64,000 nt of DNA from the NCBI GenBank assembly GCA_001780725.1, contig MFIM01000001.1, positions 83,642 through 147,641 of the forward strand. The letters are read 5' to 3'. This DNA comes from Candidatus Giovannonibacteria bacterium RIFCSPLOWO2_02_FULL_45_28 (GTDB taxonomy: Bacteria; Patescibacteriota; Minisyncoccia; UBA11713; 2-01-FULL-45-33). This document shows, piece after piece, positions 38,499 through 47,628 of this stretch (position 1 is its first letter; each line of letters begins with the position of its first letter). Both the position numbers and the translations under genes were made by a program. The notes beneath the pieces are model-generated. The model was not told where the DNA came from and searched no databases. It saw only the letters and a list, made by a program, of their open reading frames with translations.

Positions 38499-39688
38499 GT
38501 GGTCAAAAACATTCTCTGGCTTTGCGGGGCGGCGTTGCCGCCGCTACTCTGGATAATTATCAGACTTTCCGGAGCACACCTCGGCTCCGGCACAGAAACT
38601 TTACTGGCGGGTCTGGCAATATTCGGCGCTGCATTTTTGCTTTCATGTGCGGCGGAGCTGGCCCAACTTGAAATTCCGCAATCCTTGGCAATCGTGTTTG
38701 TGGCATTTCTGGCTGTTCTGCCTGAATACGCCGTGGATATTTATTTTGCTTGGAGTGCCGGCAAAGATCCTGTTTACGCGCACTACGCCGTAGCCAATAT
38801 GACCGGCGCCAACCGCCTTCTTATCGGCGTTGGCTGGGCGGCGGTTGTTGGATTTTTTTGGCTAAAAAGCAAAAAAAACAGCATAGCGCTGGAATCTTCA
38901 CGCAAGGTTGAGATTTTTTTCTGATTCTTGCAACGGCGTACTCATTCGTTATTCCGTTTAAGGGCTCTCTTTCCTTGATTGATTCAGTTTTTCTTTTGGC
39001 ACTATTCATTTGTTACTTGAGAGTAAGTTCAAAATCGCCAATGGTAAAACCGGCGCTTGACGGCGGACCGGCAGAACTAATTGAAAAGTTGCAAAGAGCG
39101 CCGAGAATTGCCTGCACAATTTTTATGTTTGTTTATAGTGGCATCGTCATTTACGCGGCTGCGGAACCGTTTGCGGAGGGACTGTTAAAATCAGCTAACT
39201 CTTTGGGCATAGAAGAATTTCTTCTTGTGCAATGGCTAGCGCCGCTTGCGTCCGAAGCACCGGAGTTTATTGTTGCGATATTATTTACGCTTCGCCTTAA
39301 TCCGGGAGCGGGCATTGGCACGTTAATCTCATCAAAAGTAAACCAGTGGACGCTTTTGGTTGGCGCGATTCCTATTGCTTACAGCTGGTCTTCGGGTTCG
39401 TTTGGCGCTCTTTTGTTGGATGCGCGCCAGATTGAAGAGCTGTTTTTGACATCAGCGCAGTCATTATTTGCGGTTATGGTAATAGTTAATCTGTCTTTTT
39501 CCGTTTGGGAAGCGCTCGTTCTCTTTTTACTTTTTGCAACACAAGTATTTATCCCCGGCACGGAGGCCAGATACATTTATGCATGCTTCTACATCGTTTT
39601 AGCGGTTGGCATCTTCTCCTTCTGCCCCTCCAACCGCCGCGCATTTTTGGGTCTTTTTAAAAGTCTTTTCAAAAAACACTCCGCCTAG
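38499..39688 (+). pseudogene. Na+/Ca2+ (CaCA) antiporter split by a -1 frameshift
   Basis: [13 protein letters not shown] and ASEAPE/SSKVNQW alpha repeats lie in two frames that join at the T7 run 38914-38920. Confidence 0.8.
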
Positions 39689-39697
39689 CGGGGTGTT

Positions 39698-41008
39698 TTA
39701 ATTTTTTTCTATTTTTTTCAACTCCTCTCTGACAACTTCGCGGTCATCCCATGGAATTTTTGTGCCGCGAGGGCCCATAATCCACGGCTCGGAGCCTTTG
39801 CCGGCGATGATAACAATGTCACCTGATTTGGCGGATTTTAGTGCGGCGCGGATGGCCTCGCGCCGGTCAAGAATTTTTTTATAGTTTATAGTTTGTGGTT
39901 TATAGTTTGGCGTTTTCGAAAATCCGGCTTCAATCTCATTTAAAATAGTGGCTGGATTTTCGTCGTATGGGTCTTCGTTGGTTAAAACAATTTCATCACA
40001 AAACTCGGCCGCGATTTTCCCCATCTCCGGCCGTTTCCATTTATCGCGCCCCCCTCCGGCAGAACCAAGAACGCAGACTAATCGTCCGCCCGGAAAGAAG
40101 TCCGACTTCTTTTGGATCCCGAAGTCGGACTTCGAGGAGGGCGGATTCCCGGCTAGCGGACGCAAAGTCTCGTAAACTTTGCGAAGCGCATCCGGCGTGT
40201 GCGCGTAGTCAACCACCGCCGAGAACGGCTCGTGCTGAATAAATTCCAATCTCCCAGGCACACATTCAACTTTTTCCAGTGCGCGTTTTATTGCTTCGCG
40301 GTCCACGCCCAACACCTTCGCGGCGTGATACGCCGCAATGGCATTTTCCAAGTTAAAGTCGCCGAGGAGTTTTAAATGTATGTCGGGCGGCAAATCTTTT
40401 TTGGTGTAAACAATTTTCTGTCTGGCAGGCCTGCCTGCCGACAAGGCAGAAATCTTTAGAAAATATTCAACGCTCGGATCCTCGCCGTTTAAAATATGTA
40501 TCGGCGCTTTTTTGAAAAGCTCTGCTTTTGCCGCGCGGTATTTTTCAAACGAGCCGTGCGATTCAATGTGCTCCGGAGTCACATTTGTTAAAACAGCCAT
40601 ATAAAAATTTATCCCCGTGTGCCTGAATTGTTTTATTCCTTCCGAAGTAACCTCAATCACGACGTATTTACATCCCGCCCTGACTGCCTCCCGCAAAAAT
40701 TTCTGGAGTTTGAACCGCCCCGGCATGGTCATCTTTAAATTATTTTTTTCTTCTTTTTTATTTATCCGGAAACGCAGTGAAGAAACAGACGCGACTTTCT
40801 CACCGGCTTCTTCCAAAATGGCCGCGAGCAAATGCACAACCGTTGACTTGCCATTTGTTCCGGTTACACCGATTATCTTGAGTTTTTTAGACGGGAAAGC
40901 GTAAAAAAACGCCGCCACCCAAGCCAGCAGCCAATGATACGCAGGCTGGAGCGCGGCAAAAATAGGCCTCGGTATTATTTTTTTAAAAAAACGCAAAAAT
41001 GTTTCCAT
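39698..41008 (-). CDS. murE: UDP-MurNAc-tripeptide synthetase
   Basis: GVTGTNGKST, EVTSEG, VDYAHTPD, DRREAI, AGKG. Confidence 0.9.
   Translation of the reverse strand: METFLRFFKKIIPRPIFAALQPAYHWLLAWVAAFFYAFPSKKLKIIGVTGTNGKSTVVHLLAAILEEAGEKVASVSSLRFRINKKEEKNNLKMTMPGRFKLQKFLREAVRAGCKYVVIEVTSEGIKQFRHTGINFYMAVLTNVTPEHIESHGSFEKYRAAKAELFKKAPIHILNGEDPSVEYFLKISALSAGRPARQKIVYTKKDLPPDIHLKLLGDFNLENAIAAYHAAKVLGVDREAIKRALEKVECVPGRLEFIQHEPFSAVVDYAHTPDALRKVYETLRPLAGNPPSSKSDFGIQKKSDFFPGGRLVCVLGSAGGGRDKWKRPEMGKIAAEFCDEIVLTNEDPYDENPATILNEIEAGFSKTPNYKPQTINYKKILDRREAIRAALKSAKSGDIVIIAGKGSEPWIMGPRGTKIPWDDREVVREELKKIEKN
40085..40145. repeat. In-frame GAAGTC(C/G)GACTTC palindromic element in murE
   Basis: Half-sites at 40097-40109 and 40121-40133, 11-nt spacer. 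Confidence 0.9.
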
Positions 41009-41009
41009 T

Positions 41010-41025
41010 GTTATGGCCTATGCAC
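41010..41025 (-). repeat. Duplicate of the 3' end of the 42093-42581 gene (partner 42092-42107)
   Basis: gttatggcctatgcac, 16 bp identical, includes the stop codon. Confidence 0.75.
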
Positions 41026-41201
41026 CACGCTATCCATATTAACCACTTTAAACGATTAATCCAGACGTTAAAAGCCAGAACTCCGGCCCTCGGCATTTGC
41101 GTGCCTCGTCGGAGTTGCATTATTCCAAGAATTTGCTATAATTAAGGAAAGCAAAAGGCCGATCAATTAATCGTTAATTTATAGGTAAAACTAAAAAGTA
41201 T

Positions 41202-41405
41202 ATGAAAATTTTAAAGGAACTTACGCCAAAAAACATGCAATGTATAATAGGAAATTGCTCAGCTTGGTTCAAAACCGACAGAGGTACTTATTTGTTTATT
41301 GGCAAGAAAATAAAAAATCAGAAGGTTATGCGCGGTTTAAAAAACAGAATAGGTAAAGATGAAACCACTATAGAAGTACCGTTGAGTTTGCTAAGCAATA
41401 AGTAA
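41202..41405 (+). CDS. Hypothetical protein, 67 aa
   Basis: AT-rich ORF with CxxxxC motif. Confidence 0.5.
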   Translation: MKILKELTPKNMQCIIGNCSAWFKTDRGTYLFIGKKIKNQKVMRGLKNRIGKDETTIEVPLSLLSNK

Positions 41406-41413
41406 TAACTATC

Positions 41414-42085
41414 TTATTCGTTTTGAACTGCAATAGTGCAAATATTTTCAGCGTAATAACAACGCTCTCTAATAATTTTTAATTTGTATGCGTGAATCCA
41501 AACAGACACTCCGCCATTTTTTATAAAATCGAGATAATTTTTGTAATGCAACGGATAAACTTTGCCAATCCCGCGTTCATCTCTATCGATAAATAATTTC
41601 ATTAATCTCGCCAATAGCGTAAACTTTTTTGGAACGGAAATGTCTGTCACGACCATTATACCGCCATGCTTCACATAACTACAAATTTCATTCCAAGCTT
41701 TTTCTTGTATTTCCACGTTCATTTCGTGTAGCGAAAAGCTTAAAATCGCCGCATCAAATACCGTAGAGATCCCTAACAGCGAAGATAAGTATTGGGCGTC
41801 GCCTATCAACAATTTAGAATAACTTTGTTGCTTATTAGCTCTCGTTATCATCGTAGGGGAACGATCCACCCCAACCGCCTCAATCCCATATTTTTTTAAG
41901 TATGCCCCTAAGCCTCCGGTACCACAGCCGATGTCTAAAACGCGCTTAGCACCTAATTCATAGAGAATGCGGGCAATGTTTTTCTTAATGTGTCCGAGAG
42001 TGATTTTCTGAATTTTCTCTGAAATCGGCAAAAACCGCTTAAGTGTTTCATAATGATCTGTACTATTCATGTGGCTGTTTGGCAT
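41414..42085 (-). CDS. Class I SAM-dependent methyltransferase
   Basis: VLDIGCGTG, GVDRSPTM, FSLHEM. Confidence 0.85.
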   Translation of the reverse strand: MPNSHMNSTDHYETLKRFLPISEKIQKITLGHIKKNIARILYELGAKRVLDIGCGTGGLGAYLKKYGIEAVGVDRSPTMITRANKQQSYSKLLIGDAQYLSSLLGISTVFDAAILSFSLHEMNVEIQEKAWNEICSYVKHGGIMVVTDISVPKKFTLLARLMKLFIDRDERGIGKVYPLHYKNYLDFIKNGGVSVWIHAYKLKIIRERCYYAENICTIAVQNE

Positions 42086-42092
42086 ATGGCGG

Positions 42093-42581
42093 TTATGGCC
42101 TATGCACAGCCCCACCGACGTAAATAATGCCGATGGACAAAGAGAGCATTATTATAAGCTCTAACGTTTTGGTAAACGTGTAAAAACCGGAAATTAATGC
42201 CAACCCAGATGAGATCGTCAGAAGCCCGAGCCAGCCTATTACGAAAAATTCCCCCCAATGGCGCGAATAAAGGGCATATCGCCTCTTGCGCGATTCCTTT
42301 AAAATCGTGTAAATGCCAACCGCCCCCAAATAAGGCTCTGCTAAAGCCCGAATGAGCTTGGTGGCCACCGTATCAAAGCTGGACACTCCGCTCAAATACA
42401 AAAATGCTATCGCGAAAAGATAAACGTAAGTAAAAATTCCTAAAAAAAGATAAAGCGCGTCAACGGCCTCCTGAAAAAATATGTCGTTCAGCCTTTGCCA
42501 AAATGTTTTCGGCGCGTTGTTGCGCTTGTCTTCCAAGCCTGACTCGTATATATAATTAGTTGTTTCTTCCCACCAAGCCAT
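42093..42581 (-). CDS. Membrane protein, hypothetical
   Basis: About four TM segments; co-oriented with ruvA and murE. Confidence 0.65.
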   Translation of the reverse strand: MAWWEETTNYIYESGLEDKRNNAPKTFWQRLNDIFFQEAVDALYLFLGIFTYVYLFAIAFLYLSGVSSFDTVATKLIRALAEPYLGAVGIYTILKESRKRRYALYSRHWGEFFVIGWLGLLTISSGLALISGFYTFTKTLELIIMLSLSIGIIYVGGAVHRP

Positions 42582-42600
42582 ACTTAAAAATTTTTAATTT

Positions 42601-43170
42601 TTAATTTCCAATTTTCAATGATTCTTTGAGGCGCAACTCTCGACCTTTTATATCCTTTGGAATTTTCTGGATCATCTCGCGCGCGTCTCTCTGTGAATAG
42701 CCCAAAGAAAGCAGGGCGTCCAGAATATCGGCATCTTCTTTCATTTCGTCAGACGCGTAAAAGGTTTTGCCGAAACCTAATTTATCTTTGAGCTCCAGCA
42801 CAATTTTTCCGGCAGTTTTTCTGCCGATGCCGGAAACTTTTGTAAGATAAGATGTGTCGCCGGAAGAAATTGCTTTTTTAATTGTATCCACCGGCGCGAG
42901 CGACAAAACTCCCAAAGCGGATTTCGGGCCTATGCCGGAAATGGAAATCAGCATTTCAAAAAATTCAAGTTCCGTTTGATTCAAAAATCCGTAAAGCTCC
43001 AGCGCGTCTTCTTTGACATGCAAATGCGTCCATAATTTTGCCGCTCCGTCCTGATTTAAATTTTTTAAATCTTGAGCGGCAACAAAAATTTTATACCCCA
43101 CGCCGCCGACATCCAAAATTACATGCCGCTCTCCTTTAAATATCACCTTGCCTTCTAAGTGTCCTATCAT
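42601..43170 (-). CDS. ruvA: Holliday junction branch migration protein RuvA
   Basis: MIGHLEG, DVGGVGY, ISGIGPK, ALLSLGY. Confidence 0.95.
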   Translation of the reverse strand: MIGHLEGKVIFKGERHVILDVGGVGYKIFVAAQDLKNLNQDGAAKLWTHLHVKEDALELYGFLNQTELEFFEMLISISGIGPKSALGVLSLAPVDTIKKAISSGDTSYLTKVSGIGRKTAGKIVLELKDKLGFGKTFYASDEMKEDADILDALLSLGYSQRDAREMIQKIPKDIKGRELRLKESLKIGN

Positions 43171-43190
43171 TAGTATAATGGTACCACAAA

Positions 43191-45197
43191 ATGTCAACCT
43201 TTAAACTACATGAGCCATATAAGCCTGCCGGCGATCAGCCGAAAGCCATAGCACAGCTCACCAAATTACTAACTTCCGGCAGCCGACATCAGACGCTTTT
43301 GGGGGTTACGGGTTCTGGAAAAACTTTTACGATGGCGAATGTAATCGCGAATTTAGGCCGTCCGGCTTTGGTGATTTCCCACAACAAAACTTTGGCCGCC
43401 CAGCTTTATCAGGAATTTAAAACTTTTTTCCCAGAAAACGCCGTGCATTATTTTGTTTCCTACTACGACTATTACCAACCGGAAGCCTACATCCCGCAAA
43501 GCGATACTTACATAGAAAAAGACGCGCGAATCAATGATTTTATTGATGCAATGCGTCATGCCACGACCGCCACAGCGCTTACGCGCCGAGATTTTGTGGT
43601 TGTGGCATCGGTTTCCTGCATTTACGGCATCGGCGATCCGGCTGAATATGAAAAGGCAGCGCTGGAAATAAAAGAGGGGCTGCCGATTTCCCAACGCGCA
43701 TTTTTGAAAAAATTGGTTGAAATGCAGTATGAAAGGAATGACTACGAGCAGAGAGCGGGGATTTTCCGCGTCCGCGGAGAAACTGTTGAAATTTTCTCTC
43801 CCGCAGGAGATTCGGTAATTAGGATTGAGTGGAATGGGAATGTGATTGAAAGAATAAGCCAAACCGAAACGCCCCCCTCGAAGTCCGACTTCAAGACCCA
43901 AAAGAAGTCGGACTTCTTCCCGGCTGGCGGCTTAGAGGAGGCTGGCGCGAGAAAAATCTTCCCAGCCAAACACTTCGTCACACCGCAGGACAAATTAGAA
44001 CTGGCGCTTTCCAACATAGAGCTTGAACTGAAAACTAGAGCCGCGGAGCTCAAAGGGGCAGGAAAATTGTTGGAAGCGCAAAGAATAACCCAACGCACGA
44101 ATTTTGATTTAAAAATGCTCCGCGAGATCGGTTATACGCACGGCATTGAAAATTATTCGCGCCAACTTTCTTTTCGGAAACCCGGCGAACCGCCACATAC
44201 TTTATTAGATTATCTTCCGGATGATTTCATCACGTTTATTGATGAATCGCATATGTCCATCCCGCAAATCCGCGGAATGTATAACGGAGACCGCGCAAGA
44301 AAACAGGTTCTTGTGGATTACGGCTTCCGCCTGCCGTCTGCTATTGATAATCGCCCGTTAACTTTTGAAGAGTTTAATAAAAAAGCAGAGCAAGCAGTTT
44401 ATGTTTCGGCAACTCCGGCTGAATACGAAATAAAACTTTCCGGCGAACACATTGTAGAGCAAATTATCCGCCCCACCGGACTTTTGGATCCGCAGTTGGA
44501 AATCCGGTCGGCGAATCCGCCGACCGGCGGGCAGATGCCCGATGTCATCAACGAAATTCAAAAGCGGATCAAACAAAAACAGCGCGTACTTGTAACCACG
44601 CTTACAAAACGCATGGCGGAAGATTTAGCTGATTTTTTGAAAGAAAACCAAATCAAAGCTGAATATATTCATTCGGACATAAAAACGCTGGAACGGCACA
44701 AAATTTTAACCGATCTCCGAAAAGGCGCTTACGATGTTATTGTTGGAATAAATCTTCTGCGCGAGGGAATTGATTTGCCAGAAGTTTCACTTGTAATAAT
44801 TTTAGACGCCGACAAGGAGGGTTTTTTAAGAAACGCACAAACATTGATACAGACCATCGGCAGAGCTGCGCGGCATACAGGGGGAACGGTCTTAATGTAT
44901 GCAGACATAACTACGGACTCAATGCAAAAAGCGCTGGAGGAAACCGAGCGCCGTAGAAAAATTCAGGAAGAACACAACGCGAAACACGGCATTACACCTC
45001 AATCCATTCAACGCCGAATCAGCGAGAATATATTCGGCGCAGAATCATCTGTTAAAAAATTTGATTTAACAAAAATGTCCAAACAAATGTCCAAGGAAAA
45101 ATTAAAACAGGAGCTTGAAGAAGAAATGCTGGAAGCCGCCAAAGAACTTGACTTCGAAAAAGCCGCCGAATTAAGAGATTTGATTAAAACTTTATAG
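43191..45197 (+). CDS. uvrB: Excinuclease ABC subunit B
   Basis: GVTGSGKT, YYDYYQPEAY, DESH, GINLLREG, FEKAAELRD. Confidence 0.97.
   Translation: MSTFKLHEPYKPAGDQPKAIAQLTKLLTSGSRHQTLLGVTGSGKTFTMANVIANLGRPALVISHNKTLAAQLYQEFKTFFPENAVHYFVSYYDYYQPEAYIPQSDTYIEKDARINDFIDAMRHATTATALTRRDFVVVASVSCIYGIGDPAEYEKAALEIKEGLPISQRAFLKKLVEMQYERNDYEQRAGIFRVRGETVEIFSPAGDSVIRIEWNGNVIERISQTETPPSKSDFKTQKKSDFFPAGGLEEAGARKIFPAKHFVTPQDKLELALSNIELELKTRAAELKGAGKLLEAQRITQRTNFDLKMLREIGYTHGIENYSRQLSFRKPGEPPHTLLDYLPDDFITFIDESHMSIPQIRGMYNGDRARKQVLVDYGFRLPSAIDNRPLTFEEFNKKAEQAVYVSATPAEYEIKLSGEHIVEQIIRPTGLLDPQLEIRSANPPTGGQMPDVINEIQKRIKQKQRVLVTTLTKRMAEDLADFLKENQIKAEYIHSDIKTLERHKILTDLRKGAYDVIVGINLLREGIDLPEVSLVIILDADKEGFLRNAQTLIQTIGRAARHTGGTVLMYADITTDSMQKALEETERRRKIQEEHNAKHGITPQSIQRRISENIFGAESSVKKFDLTKMSKQMSKEKLKQELEEEMLEAAKELDFEKAAELRDLIKTL
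43871..43948. repeat. In-frame GAAGTC(C/G)GACTTC palindromic element in uvrB
   Basis: Half-sites at 43880-43892 and 43904-43916, 11-nt spacer. Confidence 0.9.
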
Positions 45198-45214
45198 TAT
45201 ATTAAACTACTTCT

Positions 45215-45454
45215 ATGCCAATAACTTCGTCGGCCAAAAAAGCATTAAGGCAATCCCGCACCAGGCGGGGGAAGAATTTGGTTTGGAAAGACAAACTAAA
45301 AGAAGCCGTCAAAACAACAGAGAAAACCAAGTCGGCAGAATCGCTGCGCCTTGCTTACAAAACCATAGATAAATCCGCCAAAAGGGGTCTCATCAAAAAA
45401 AACAAAGCCGCCAGGATGAAATCTAGGCTAGCTAAGCTTTTATCGCCAAAATAA
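45215..45454 (+). CDS. rpsT: 30S ribosomal protein S20
   Basis: MPITSSAKKALRQ, IKKNKAARMKSRL. Confidence 0.93.
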   Translation: MPITSSAKKALRQSRTRRGKNLVWKDKLKEAVKTTEKTKSAESLRLAYKTIDKSAKRGLIKKNKAARMKSRLAKLLSPK

Positions 45455-46301
45455 ATCTTTCCAAAATCTCATAGGCGTTTTTGGGGTCGCGGCGGATTGC
45501 TGATTCAGCAAGTATCCCATGCCAATATGCGTCGGCCATTCTTTTTTGCTTTGCCTTCCAAAGCAACGGATAAATAAGCCTCTGCAAGTCTTGGCCGGAA
45601 ATTTCCGCTTCTTTGAGAGCCAAAAGCGCCCAGCCCAACGAGGCGGAGAAAATTTTTTCAACAAAGGGAAAGGGGCTAGCGCCAGCCTCTTTGAAGTCCG
45701 ACTTCAAATCCCCAAAGAAGTCGGACTTCTTCCCGGCTGGCGGCTTCAAAGGGGCTGGCGCGCCTAAGACTCTTTTCTCCAATTCATTCTCCAGCGCCCA
45801 CTCTGCCACTCCGCCAGCTGGCGGACCAGCCTCTTCAATAATTATCGCGCATTCTTCTTTACTCAATCCAAACCCCAACGCTTTTGCTTTTTTATCCACC
45901 CAAGCCGCCAGCTCTTTTTTGGTCAGCGGACGCACTTCCTGTATTTTTTCGGCATATTTTTTAAAAAAATTAAGCGTTGATTTTACCGATTCTTTTTCCC
46001 AAAAAACAAAAATGTCGCGCGATGCCTTTATAAAATCCCCGTTTTTTTTCAGGATTTTAAAAATACTTTCATTGGATTCCAAAACATTTTTAAAAATAAC
46101 TAATCTGGTTTTAGAAAATAAATTGCCCTGCTCCAAAGCGGCATAAAATTTTTCCGGCTGAATTTCGTCGGCGTCTCCGTCAAATTCTTCAACCAGAACA
46201 TTTCCACCCGCCTGCCGAGATTTTTTATAAAATGCGGATTTTAATTCTCCGATTTTGCGGAGCGCTTGATAGGAATTTGGCCCAAGGAGAAGATACATCA
46301 T
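45432..46301 (-). CDS. holA: DNA polymerase III delta subunit-like protein
   Basis: MYLLLGPNSY, LFSKTRLVI, LENELEK; convergent with rpsT. Confidence 0.7.
   Translation of the reverse strand: MMYLLLGPNSYQALRKIGELKSAFYKKSRQAGGNVLVEEFDGDADEIQPEKFYAALEQGNLFSKTRLVIFKNVLESNESIFKILKKNGDFIKASRDIFVFWEKESVKSTLNFFKKYAEKIQEVRPLTKKELAAWVDKKAKALGFGLSKEECAIIIEEAGPPAGGVAEWALENELEKRVLGAPAPLKPPAGKKSDFFGDLKSDFKEAGASPFPFVEKIFSASLGWALLALKEAEISGQDLQRLIYPLLWKAKQKRMADAYWHGILAESAIRRDPKNAYEILERFILAIKA
45679..45761. repeat. In-frame GAAGTC(C/G)GACTTC palindromic element in holA
   Basis: Half-sites at 45693-45705 and 45717-45729; outer 18-bp IR 45679-45696/45744-45761 with 1 mismatch. Confidence 0.9.
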
Positions 46302-47608
46302 TGTCTTTCGTGAGTAACATCGTGAATAATTTTAAGATAACGCTGCTCCGGAAGCGGGCCAATGCCTTTGATATACACGGTGATTATCTGCAAAACCCTT
46401 TTTTGCGGCGACATAAATGTTATTTCGTACACATTTTCCCCGACATTCTGCTTCTGCGTCGGAAAAAATACTTTCCACAATTTCTCAAATCCGAGAAAGG
46501 CGGCCGCGCTCTCTGTAATATAAAGTTCTTTCGGGGGTGATTCCGCAATATCTAAATATTTTTTAGCGGCCGGATTAATGGCTAAAATTTGATTTTCCCC
46601 GGTATATTCAATAATGCCGTCCGGAATATAAGCGATGGTTCTTTCTCTTTCTGCGCGCTCGCGCCCAACGCTTACAATCGCGCGCATAAGTCTGATGGTG
46701 CTGAAAATCAAAAGCGCCAACAGCGCCAAGCTCGCCACGGAAAAAGTAACAGCCACGAACAGGGTTTGATTGCGCTGCTTCAGCGCTACTGCTTCACGCT
46801 GCTCCACAACCACACCCCACCCGGTTGACGGCATCTTGAGTCCGAGCGCCAGCACATTTTCGTTTTTTTCGTTTACGTACCGGTTAAACTCAATCCTCTC
46901 TCGGCCCTGAACCAAAAGGTTAACGATCTCGCGATATTTTAAATTTTCCCCGGAACGCGCTAGTTCAATATCCGGATCCGAAATTATCGCACCGCGGCTA
47001 TCCACAAGATATATTTTCCCTTCCTCCACCGATGTTTTGCTTGCTACCCCCCAAAGAAGAGTAAAATCTATTTCGCTGGAGGCCACTGCAGCGACTTTCC
47101 CATTTCGTATTATGGGAGCGGAGATTTGCAGTGACGGGCCATGCGGACCAAAAAAAACCGGGCTGATGTAACGTTTCCCGGCCAAAGCTTCTTTAAAAAA
47201 GGAACTGTTTTTTACCGAAATCTCTGAAAATTGCGGGGCCGTATCCCGCCGCACCAAAGAACCCAAACGCTCGCCGTCCGTGTTAAAAATAAGCAGATTT
47301 ATAAAGTCGCTCCGGCTGCCAAAAAAAACTTCAGAAAGGGTTTCACCCTTGTTGATATCTTCAAGAAAATGGCCGCTGAAATGAATCAGGTCTTGAAAAG
47401 TTAAATCTAAAAACAAATCCAACAAAGCAATGGCGTGCGAAGCAGTTGTGTTTTGAGAAATTATGGCGTTTTGCTCAACGCCGTTTAAAACAGGGAAAAG
47501 CCAATAAAAACTGGCTGTAACAAGAAAAATACCGACCGCAAATATGATCGCGACATTATACCAAAGAGGGCCGGAAACAAGCCGAGTCCACTTCTTAATA
47601 AAATCCAT
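46298..47608 (-). CDS. Cache-PAS membrane sensor lacking a kinase domain
   Basis: TM-dCache-TM-PAS; ends IIHDVTHERQ, where paralog 50461-52551 continues into HisKA. Confidence 0.7.
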   Translation of the reverse strand: MDFIKKWTRLVSGPLWYNVAIIFAVGIFLVTASFYWLFPVLNGVEQNAIISQNTTASHAIALLDLFLDLTFQDLIHFSGHFLEDINKGETLSEVFFGSRSDFINLLIFNTDGERLGSLVRRDTAPQFSEISVKNSSFFKEALAGKRYISPVFFGPHGPSLQISAPIIRNGKVAAVASSEIDFTLLWGVASKTSVEEGKIYLVDSRGAIISDPDIELARSGENLKYREIVNLLVQGRERIEFNRYVNEKNENVLALGLKMPSTGWGVVVEQREAVALKQRNQTLFVAVTFSVASLALLALLIFSTIRLMRAIVSVGRERAERERTIAYIPDGIIEYTGENQILAINPAAKKYLDIAESPPKELYITESAAAFLGFEKLWKVFFPTQKQNVGENVYEITFMSPQKRVLQIITVYIKGIGPLPEQRYLKIIHDVTHERQ

Positions 47609-47628
47609 ATGCTATTTTGTGTGAACGC

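Noticed and set aside
40085-45761. KSDF palindromes as CRISPR repeats, inteins or introns
   Set aside because: Dispersed single copies of ~60-85 bp, no intein terminal residues or intron core, and reading frames stay open.
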